Assembly: GCA_951812955.1 (NCBI GenBank)
Contig: OX638340.1
Coordinates: 3,328,001-3,392,000 of the forward strand
Direction of reading: 5' to 3'
Length of the DNA: 64,000 bases
Origin: an uncultured Gemmatimonadota bacterium
GTDB taxonomy: Bacteria; JAAXHH01
Below are positions 57,199 to 64,000 of this stretch, in pieces. The position numbers and the translations under genes are program-made. The number at the start of each line of letters is the position of its first letter. Position 1 is the first letter of the stretch. Below the pieces are notes generated by a model. That model worked only from the letters and a program-made list of their open reading frames with translations, searched no databases and was not told the DNA's origin.

Positions 57199-58251
57199 CT
57201 AAACGGTTTCTCCAAAATACCGGTCGGCTTCCAGGTTCAGCCAGGCCAGGGCGGAGCGGTACAGCAGCCTGGACTTGACGTCATCGTCCAGGTGGTCCAT
57301 GGATTCGATCATCCTGCCGGGCACCGCTTCGCCGAGGGGGAACGGGTAGTCGGAGCCCAGGGCGATGTGGTCCGGGCCGATAAGGTGGATCAGGTAGTCC
57401 AGGATGCGGCTGTCATGGACGAGGGAATCCAGGTAGAATCTGCCCAGGTAGGCACTGGGAAGCACGTCGTTGTCCACCGCGCACAGATCGGGGCGTGTCT
57501 TAAAACCGGAATCGATGCGCCCGATGGTCGCGGGAAAAGAACCACCGCCGTGGGCGAATGCCACGCGCAGCTTCGGCAGGCGCTCGAATACACCGCCGAA
57601 GATCATGGAACAGATCGCCCGGGAAGTCTCGGCCGGCATGCCCACCAGCCAGGGCAGCCAGTACTTCTCCATGGTCTCCTGTCCCATGATGTCCCAGGGA
57701 TGAATGAACACTGCCGCGCCCAGTTCAGCCGCCGCTTCGAACACCGGGAACAGGTGGGGTTCGCTCAGGTTGTTCCCATTGATGTGGGTACCGATCTCAA
57801 TCCCTGAAAGCCCCAGTTCCCGGACGCAACGCTCCATTTCCCGGATGGCCATGTCGGGCGCCTGCATGGGTACGGTGCCCAGGCCGATGAACCTCCGGGG
57901 CCAGGTGTGGATCACTTCGGCAATGTGGTCGTTCAGCATGCGGGACAGGTCCAGCGCGTCCGCCGGCTGGGCCCAGTAGCTAAACATGACCGGGACAGTG
58001 GAAAGGACCTGTACGTGCACGCCCGCTGTTTCGCATTCGCCGAGCCGGGTCAGCGGGTCCCAGGAATTGGCCTGGATTTCGCGGAACCGCCTGCCGTCGA
58101 TCATCATGCGCGCGCAGCCAGGATGGTAATGTTCCAGTTCGACGAATCCGCCGTACCCGTACCGTTTGCGCAGGTCAGGCCAGTTTTCCGGCAGGATATG
58201 GGTGTGGATGTCGATCTTGGGTATGGGCCTGGGGCCGGTGTAGTCGCACAT
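57199..58251 (-). CDS. 2-amino-3-carboxymuconate-6-semialdehyde decarboxylase (amidohydrolase-2 family)
   Basis: IDIHTHILP metal-binding HxH, FIHPWD and GSDYPFP motifs of ACMSD. First gene of the operon, 3 bp upstream of kynU. Confidence 0.85.
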   Translation of the reverse strand: MCDYTGPRPIPKIDIHTHILPENWPDLRKRYGYGGFVELEHYHPGCARMMIDGRRFREIQANSWDPLTRLGECETAGVHVQVLSTVPVMFSYWAQPADALDLSRMLNDHIAEVIHTWPRRFIGLGTVPMQAPDMAIREMERCVRELGLSGIEIGTHINGNNLSEPHLFPVFEAAAELGAAVFIHPWDIMGQETMEKYWLPWLVGMPAETSRAICSMIFGGVFERLPKLRVAFAHGGGSFPATIGRIDSGFKTRPDLCAVDNDVLPSAYLGRFYLDSLVHDSRILDYLIHLIGPDHIALGSDYPFPLGEAVPGRMIESMDHLDDDVKSRLLYRSALAWLNLEADRYFGETV

Positions 58252-58492
58252 GGTTCTAGGCGGGGTTATGGGCGGCGGGACGTGGGGACCGCCTGCCGAT
58301 GAGCTCGATGACGGCGCGTTCCAATACCCGGCCGGGGACCGGTAAATGCAGAATCAGGATAACGGGTAACGCGCCCTGTTGTCAAGGGTATTGCGGGAGG
58401 TCATATCCGTGCTGCCCGGGCGGGAATTTCGGCCCCCGCGACCACTCCGGCGGCGTTATCGCCTCTTTGGACCGTGCCCCCAGAGGCCGCGC

Positions 58493-59464
58493 TCAGGGTA
58501 ACGCTTCACGATAGGGGGACAGATCGATCCCCGGGAAGGCATGCTCCAGCAGTCCGAGGGTCTGTGCCGTGTAGTAGGGATGACCGGGCTCGGGCCAGCC
58601 GAACAGCGACCGCACCCGAGGCGTCGTCCGCGTGATGAATGGCAGCATGTATTCCCGCTCTCCGTAGATGAAGGGATTCGAGAACCGGGTCCACCGGTCG
58701 GCGTCGCATCGGCACATGGACAGCGTCCACAAAGCCCGCTGTTTCTTCCGATTCTCAAAGGGTTGCGCCGAATGGAGCAGGTAGGAGGAATAGAAGAGCG
58801 CGCTTCCCCGCTTGCCCACGGCTGGGATCGGATCTTCCAGGCCGGCCTTGCGGATGTCCCGGACGTGACTTACGCCCGCCATGTTGCCGGATTCCCAACC
58901 ATCGGCGAATACCCCGGCCGCCCGCGTGTGCGAACCGGGAACGAGCAGCATGGGCGCACCGTCGTCGTCGACGTCATGGAGGTACACGCCGGAATTGACG
59001 TAAGAAAACCGTCCGGCGTCATCGGACGGCGGAAGTACGCAATTGGTGTTGTGATCGACGTGGTACCCGCTCCAAGGTTCGTCCGGATACCGCTCGTCCA
59101 CCGGCCCCGTGCGCATGAAGAGATGGGCGTTGCAGTAACTGGGCCTGTCGCCCAGGAACAATTCAAAAAGATCGAGATAACGGTCGTTCTCGATGAGCCG
59201 GTCCAGGCGCGGATCTCCCACGGGAAACTGGGACCGTCCCGCCACCTCGTCCTGCTTCGTGGTGAACCCGTCTCCCACGGATCCATGTTCGCCGCGTTCG
59301 AAGTCATCGAGCCAGGATGCGTACGACTTGCCGTAGAGATTCCCCTCCATGGCATCCAGTGCGGCGTCCATTTCCACGTCGCTGAAGACGTCCGGAACCA
59401 GGATGTAACCATCGCGTTGAAACTGTTCCAACATGGCGCTCCTCCGGGTGTCGTTGACGACCAT
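58493..59464 (-). CDS. Phytanoyl-CoA dioxygenase (PhyH) family Fe(II)/2-oxoglutarate oxygenase (second copy in the window)
   Basis: YHVDHN facial triad and a later LHSAQP His region; 323 aa. Confidence 0.65.
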   Translation of the reverse strand: MVVNDTRRSAMLEQFQRDGYILVPDVFSDVEMDAALDAMEGNLYGKSYASWLDDFERGEHGSVGDGFTTKQDEVAGRSQFPVGDPRLDRLIENDRYLDLFELFLGDRPSYCNAHLFMRTGPVDERYPDEPWSGYHVDHNTNCVLPPSDDAGRFSYVNSGVYLHDVDDDGAPMLLVPGSHTRAAGVFADGWESGNMAGVSHVRDIRKAGLEDPIPAVGKRGSALFYSSYLLHSAQPFENRKKQRALWTLSMCRCDADRWTRFSNPFIYGEREYMLPFITRTTPRVRSLFGWPEPGHPYYTAQTLGLLEHAFPGIDLSPYREALP

Positions 59465-59469
59465 CGAGA

Positions 59470-60879
59470 TCAGTCGTTGCGTATCAGGTCATTCCACGGC
59501 GGCGAGATACCGTCCCGCCTGCGACGGGATACGTTCATTACGGGTCCGTCGGGGCGGACGCCATGACGCATGATCACGTCGAAATAGGGTTCCCGCGTGG
59601 CTTCCAGCAGTTTCAGCAGGCGCGTCCGCATGTCTCGCACTACATCAGGATGCGACTGGACCAGGCTGCGCATTTCATAGGGGTCTTCCCACAGGTCGAA
59701 GAGCAGTTCGTGCCCGGTCTCGTAGTAGGCGTACTTCCAGCGGTCCGTGGCCAGGCCGCGCCAGTCGGCATAGTCGAAATGCACCCGCGGCGCCCCCACC
59801 ATTTCGAGCAGGACCTCCCGAGGTCCGTCTAATTCCTCCCCCCTGCAGGCAGGGGAGAAATCGGTCCCCTGCATGTGTTCGGGTACGGGTACACCGGCCA
59901 GCCCCAGGGTCGTGGGTGCCATGTCGACCAGGCTGAAGAGGTCCGTTCGCCCGCCCTGGGCCTGCAGCAATCCGGGACCATGGAAGATCGCGGGAACCCG
60001 GGTGGACTCTTCATGGGGATGACCCTTGTCCTCCATCTGGTCGTGGCTTCCCATGAAGTCGCCGTGGTCGGAGAAATAAACGGTGACCGTGTTGTCCTGG
60101 AATCCGCCGATGCCCTCCACGGCGGCTAGCAGGCGGCCGATGTTCCAGTCCAGGTTCTCGACCATGGCGTAGTATGCCGCAAGCCGCTCGCGGAAATCGG
60201 GTTTGCCGCCGAAATTGGGGCGGGTCCGCAGGGACGCGGGATCGAACCGCATGTATGCATCCGGCGCTTCCAGTGGCCAGTGGGGCGGCTCCACGCTGAG
60301 GACGAGAAAGAGCGGGTGCTCCCTGTCGTATTCGGTCAGGTACCCGATGGCCATGTCGGTCAGCGCGTCGGTCTGGTAGCCCGGCATGCGCGTGGGATCG
60401 ATATCGTTTTCGCGGTAGTAGAATCCCTTGAAAGGCGCGTTGTTCATCTCGAAGCCGTACCAGTCCTGGAATCCGCCCCGGTGGAACTCCGGCGTGCGCG
60501 GCGCCGCTTCCACGCTGTAGTAGTCCGGATCGCGCCGCACTTCAGGGGGAATCTGGTCGCGGACCGTCCCGCAGTGCCACTTGCCGAAATAGGCGGTATG
60601 GTAGCCGCCCTCGCGAAGGATGGTGGCGGTACTCGGCGCAGCCGGCTTGTACACGTCGTGGAATCCCTGCACCGGTCCGGCGTGGGCGTGTCTGCCTGAG
60701 AATATGGTGCCACGGGAGGGTGTGCAGACCGGACAGTTTGCCCGGGCGCGTACAAAACTCATGCCTTCCACGGCCATGCGGTCCATGTTGGGGGTCCGCA
60801 GGTTTGGATCCCCGGCGTGACCCATGGCCTGTCCCGCGTGTTCGTCAGACAGGATGTAGAGTATATGCGGTCGGGGCAT
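59470..60879 (-). CDS. Sulfatase (formylglycine-dependent arylsulfatase family)
   Basis: The N-terminal YILSDEH motif and the CTPSRGTIFSGR sequence (C-x-P-x-R formylglycine signature) are diagnostic. Also GKWH. Confidence 0.85.
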   Translation of the reverse strand: MPRPHILYILSDEHAGQAMGHAGDPNLRTPNMDRMAVEGMSFVRARANCPVCTPSRGTIFSGRHAHAGPVQGFHDVYKPAAPSTATILREGGYHTAYFGKWHCGTVRDQIPPEVRRDPDYYSVEAAPRTPEFHRGGFQDWYGFEMNNAPFKGFYYRENDIDPTRMPGYQTDALTDMAIGYLTEYDREHPLFLVLSVEPPHWPLEAPDAYMRFDPASLRTRPNFGGKPDFRERLAAYYAMVENLDWNIGRLLAAVEGIGGFQDNTVTVYFSDHGDFMGSHDQMEDKGHPHEESTRVPAIFHGPGLLQAQGGRTDLFSLVDMAPTTLGLAGVPVPEHMQGTDFSPACRGEELDGPREVLLEMVGAPRVHFDYADWRGLATDRWKYAYYETGHELLFDLWEDPYEMRSLVQSHPDVVRDMRTRLLKLLEATREPYFDVIMRHGVRPDGPVMNVSRRRRDGISPPWNDLIRND

Positions 60880-60888
60880 GGTTCCGTT

Positions 60889-62277
60889 TCATTTCACGAC
60901 AGGCGAGTCGGCCGACTGGCGTTTTTTCCAGTAAAAATAGAAGGGCAGGCCCACGGCCAGGATCGCGAGTCCAAGCAGCGGCCGCGTAAAATCTGTAATG
61001 AGGGAGTTGGCCAGGACCCCGACGGCGATCAGGAGGAACAGGATCGGTGTTACCGGATACCCCCATACCCGGTATGGCCGGTGCAGGTCCGGTTCCTTCT
61101 TGCGTAAGATCATGAGACCGATCACAGCCAGTGTCAGGAACACGTAGGTGTAGAACATGGCGAAACTGACAATCTCGACGAAAGTGCCGGTCAGTGCGAA
61201 GACCGAAGCCCACAGTCCCTGCATTACAATGGATGCCACCGGGGTCCGGAACCGGGGATGGACGTACTGGCAGACCTTGAAGAAGATCTCGTGGTTGGCC
61301 ATGGCGTGGTAGACCCTGGGAGCTACCATCAACTGGGCGTTGACCGTACCGAATGTGGTCAGCATGATCGCCGCCGAAATGGCCATCGCCCCGGTGGGTC
61401 CTACCAGGGCCTGAAGCGTATCTGCGGCCGGCCGGCGGGACATTTGCAGTTCCTCGAAAGACAGGACGGTCAGGTACACGACATTGGCAAGGATATAGAC
61501 CGTGGCCACGATCGCCAGCGCGGCAAAAATCGCCCGGGGTATGCTCCGTGCCGGGTCCTTGATTTCGGTCGCGATGAACGTCACAAAAAACCACCCGTTG
61601 TAGGCGAACAGCGCCCCCAGGATCGCCAGGCTCAGACCGCCCAGGAGCGCGGTCCCGGTCTCTTCCTGAACAAGCGGGGTCCAGGAGACCTCCGTACCCG
61701 ATGCCAGGGTGAACCCGAGCAGGATGACGGCCAGGACGGCGCCGACCTTGATGAAGGCGAACACGTTTTGAACCGACCCGCCGATCTTGACGCCCAGGCA
61801 GTTGACCACCGTCAGGAAGAGGATGCATCCCACGGCCAGCAACCGTTCAGTCCAGAGGTCTTCGATGGCGAAGAGGCCGCCGGCGTACCGGGCGAAGACG
61901 GTGGCCACCGCGCCCATTGCGCCGGTAATGATGATGAAGAGAAAGGCCCACCCGAAGAGAAAGGCGATCAGGTCCGTGTTGTACGCCCGCCTGAGGAAGG
62001 CGTAGGTTCCCCCGCTCCTCGGTATGGCCGCGCCGAGTTCCGCGTAGCATAGCGCGCCTGCCAGGGCGAGCATGCCGCCGATAATCCACACGAACAGACT
62101 GAGCGAGGGCGAGCCGACCTGGGAGGCCACCGTGCTCGGTACCATGAAGATGCCCGAGCCGATAATCGCTCCGATGATCACCGCCGTACCCGTTTTCGCC
62201 GTCAACACGCGAAGCAGTCTGGGTTGACCAGCCGGCAATATCTCCTCTACGAGTTCGTCGTCATGGGTATGTGACAT
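60889..62277 (-). CDS. Amino acid/polyamine permease (APC superfamily)
   Basis: 12-TM APC topology with the consensus IIGAIIGSGIFMVP N-terminal motif. Confidence 0.85.
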   Translation of the reverse strand: MSHTHDDELVEEILPAGQPRLLRVLTAKTGTAVIIGAIIGSGIFMVPSTVASQVGSPSLSLFVWIIGGMLALAGALCYAELGAAIPRSGGTYAFLRRAYNTDLIAFLFGWAFLFIIITGAMGAVATVFARYAGGLFAIEDLWTERLLAVGCILFLTVVNCLGVKIGGSVQNVFAFIKVGAVLAVILLGFTLASGTEVSWTPLVQEETGTALLGGLSLAILGALFAYNGWFFVTFIATEIKDPARSIPRAIFAALAIVATVYILANVVYLTVLSFEELQMSRRPAADTLQALVGPTGAMAISAAIMLTTFGTVNAQLMVAPRVYHAMANHEIFFKVCQYVHPRFRTPVASIVMQGLWASVFALTGTFVEIVSFAMFYTYVFLTLAVIGLMILRKKEPDLHRPYRVWGYPVTPILFLLIAVGVLANSLITDFTRPLLGLAILAVGLPFYFYWKKRQSADSPVVK

Positions 62278-62340
62278 GAGGGCTCCTGTTGGTATGCAAT
62301 CTGGACGTTCTACAACCGGTCTGGATGTTCATCAACCGGT

Positions 62341-63336
62341 TCATTCCGGCGCGATGACCGGTGCGGCTTCCAGCTGTGAAGGAACGGGTTCGACTCCGTG
62401 AAAACGGGTGCCGTGCTCGAACCAGGACCGGGGGGCGGCCTGTCCCCACAGGGTCTGCCGCCGGGTGTCCTTCAGGTCCCATATCCGCGCGGGATGATCC
62501 GGGTCGACGGTGACGTAGTCTCCCGTGAACAGTTCGATCCGGTGTCCGTCCCGGTCGAAGAGGTACAGGAAGAAGGCGTTCGAGATGCCGTGGCGTCCCG
62601 GTCCCCGTTCGAAGGCGTCGCGGTGCTCCGAACTGGCCAGGCGGTCGCAGAAGTGGATGATGTCCATGGCCGTGGGCACGTAGACCCCGATGTGGTGCAG
62701 GCGGGGTCCGATGCCGTTCGTAAAGGCGATGTCGTGAACGCCGCCCCGGCGGTGCAGCCAGGTGGCCCACAGGTCCGAGTCCTCGTCCCCGATGTCCGCC
62801 ACCGTCACTTCAGTCGGCCGGAATCCCAGCGACTCAGCGTAGAAGGCCGTCATCCCGTTAACGTCATGGGAAAACAGGTTGAAATGGTCGATGCGCTGGA
62901 TGTGTGCGCCCCGGTATCGGCTGTACGCCTGCAGCAGGAGCTCCCGCCGTTCCATTTCGTGGTAGAACTCCAACGGAATGCCGTAGGGATCCTCCACGTG
63001 CAGCGTCCGGCCCTGGGCGTACCGTTCGACGAAAGCCGTCCGGCATCCGGCCGAGCCGTAGAATGCCTCCGCCCGGTCCAGGTCGGCTTCGCAGGCGACC
63101 TTGAAGGCGATGCGGTACACGACCGGTTCATCCGCCTTCGTCAGGATCAGCGAATGGTGGTTCCGTTCCTCCATGCCGCGGAGGTAGAGCGCGTCGCCCG
63201 TATCGTCCTCGCAGACATAACCCAGCAGGTCGACATAGAAGTCTCGCGCGTAGTCCAGGTCCGTTACGCCCCACTCCGCGTGGCTGGCGCGGATGATGTT
63301 GAAGGGCGGGGAATGATTCGCATTCGGAACGGCCAT
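62341..63336 (-). CDS. Type I extradiol ring-cleavage dioxygenase (VOC superfamily; catechol/3,4-dihydroxyphenylacetate 2,3-dioxygenase-like)
   Basis: Two-module VOC fold. The His ligands lie in HHSLIL, HDIAF and HHIGV. Followed by a hydroxymuconic-semialdehyde-type ALDH. Confidence 0.75.
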   Translation of the reverse strand: MAVPNANHSPPFNIIRASHAEWGVTDLDYARDFYVDLLGYVCEDDTGDALYLRGMEERNHHSLILTKADEPVVYRIAFKVACEADLDRAEAFYGSAGCRTAFVERYAQGRTLHVEDPYGIPLEFYHEMERRELLLQAYSRYRGAHIQRIDHFNLFSHDVNGMTAFYAESLGFRPTEVTVADIGDEDSDLWATWLHRRGGVHDIAFTNGIGPRLHHIGVYVPTAMDIIHFCDRLASSEHRDAFERGPGRHGISNAFFLYLFDRDGHRIELFTGDYVTVDPDHPARIWDLKDTRRQTLWGQAAPRSWFEHGTRFHGVEPVPSQLEAAPVIAPE

Positions 63337-63384
63337 GGCCGACCTCTCGCTCGGATCTAACGCGGTATGGGATTCATGCGCGTG

Positions 63385-64000
63385 TCATCCCTTGCCTAGC
63401 TTCGGTACCGGGTGGCGCGCAAGGGCGATGTCGATATTCTTCGTTTCCATGTAGAAATCAAAACTGTAGTCGCCCCCGTCCCGCCCGATCCCGCTCGACT
63501 TCATGCCGCCGAAGGGCGTGGGGAGATGGCGCACGTTTTCGGAGTTCACCCAGACCATGCCGGCTTCGAGCCGCCGGGCAAAGTCATGGGCGCGGGTGAC
63601 GTCGCTCGTCCACAGGTAGGCGGCCAGGCCGTAATCGACGTCGTTGGCGATGTCCAGCGCTTCCGCTTCCGTGTCGAAGGGGATGGCGGTGAGAAAGGGC
63701 CCGAAAACCTCTTCACGGGCGATGCGCATGGACCGCTCGGCGTCACCGAAGAGCGTGGCCTCGAAATAGTTCCCGGAGCCGGCGTTCTCCGGGCATCCTC
63801 CACCGGCGATCAGCGTTGCGCCTTCTTCCTTTCCAGCGGACACGTAGCCTAGGACCTTCTCGAGGTGCAACGGGTGGATCAGGGGACCCAGTTCGGTGGC
63901 CGGGTCGAAGGGGTTTCCCAGGCGGATGCGCTTCACGCGCTCCGCGAGCCGGCCGGCGAAATCATCGTAGACCGTCCGCTCCACCAGCACGCGGCTGCCC
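63385..64000 (-). CDS. NAD-dependent aldehyde dehydrogenase (meta-cleavage semialdehyde dehydrogenase-like), C-terminal part; 5' end outside the window
   Basis: ALDH C-terminal motifs (EEVFGPF, PFGGMKSSGIGRDGG). The reading frame is open to the window edge. Confidence 0.8.
   Translation of the reverse strand, partial: GSRVLVERTVYDDFAGRLAERVKRIRLGNPFDPATELGPLIHPLHLEKVLGYVSAGKEEGATLIAGGGCPENAGSGNYFEATLFGDAERSMRIAREEVFGPFLTAIPFDTEAEALDIANDVDYGLAAYLWTSDVTRAHDFARRLEAGMVWVNSENVRHLPTPFGGMKSSGIGRDGGDYSFDFYMETKNIDIALARHPVPKLGKG

Noticed and set aside
55618-57807. 729-aa plus-strand ORF antisense to kynU and ACMSD
   Set aside because: Antisense GC artefact. The kynurenine-pathway enzymes on the minus strand have clear catalytic motifs.
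1-64000. Searched for CRISPR arrays, rRNA, transposase/integrase/recombinase genes, phage structural genes and toxin-antitoxin pairs
   Set aside because: There are no regularly spaced short repeats with unique spacers. There are no rRNA-like conserved stretches. No DDE/tyrosine-recombinase motifs were found in any frame. The only large repeat is the intragenic duplication at 40919-43606.

Overview
This is a high-GC (about 65%) bacterial chromosomal window, densely coding on both strands. I found no rRNA, CRISPR array, transposase or integrase. A C-terminal sorting domain typical of the type IX secretion system (T9SS), several TonB-dependent and outer-membrane proteins, and a full Pho regulon suggest a Gram-negative of the Fibrobacteres-Chlorobi-Bacteroidetes (FCB) group (Gemmatimonadota-like or a candidate phylum). 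That placement is inference only.

Gene content in order:
- Housekeeping block: lepA (3' part), lepB, hemW, ddl, then a tRNA-Gly(CCC) with a near-consensus promoter.
- A tetratricopeptide-repeat (TPR) lipoprotein, a sugar-phosphate isomerase, a PhyH-type dioxygenase and an IlvD/EDD dehydratase.
- A DUF2953/GerW (YtfI/YtfJ-like) gene pair, then msrA.
- A 1183-aa single polypeptide fusing an Endonuclease Q-like PHP nuclease domain, a zinc ribbon, a disordered linker and a UvrD-like SF1 helicase.
- A tripartite RND efflux operon.
- Sulfate activation genes: cysC, cysD and a cysN-cysC fusion.
- A translationally coupled iron module: two DtxR-family paralogs (one membrane-anchored with two FeoA-like domains) followed by a split feoB.
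- A receiver-domain protein, DNA polymerase X and nth.
- A complete Pho island: phoB, phoR, two tandem paralogous small membrane proteins of an unrecognised family, ppk1, a TonB-dependent receptor plus a 1022-aa T9SS-sorted surface protein behind an array of four 11-bp-phased Pho-box-like half-sites, then pstC-pstA-pstB-phoU with no pstS.
- A tRNA-dihydrouridine synthase, a cupin, a putative outer-membrane beta-barrel, and a six-gene kynurenine/2-aminomuconate catabolic operon.
- A second PhyH, a sulfatase, an amino-acid permease and an aromatic meta-cleavage pair.

The most interesting candidates are the PHP-helicase fusion, the Pho-box-driven receptor/surface-protein pair (which carries a near-perfect 1344-bp intragenic tandem duplication), the paired small membrane proteins in the Pho island, and the membrane-anchored DtxR-FeoA regulator. 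Several families of short GC-rich tandem repeats (13-48 bp), most in intergenic regions, are also notable.

All assignments rest on reading motifs and on gene context; no database searches were possible.
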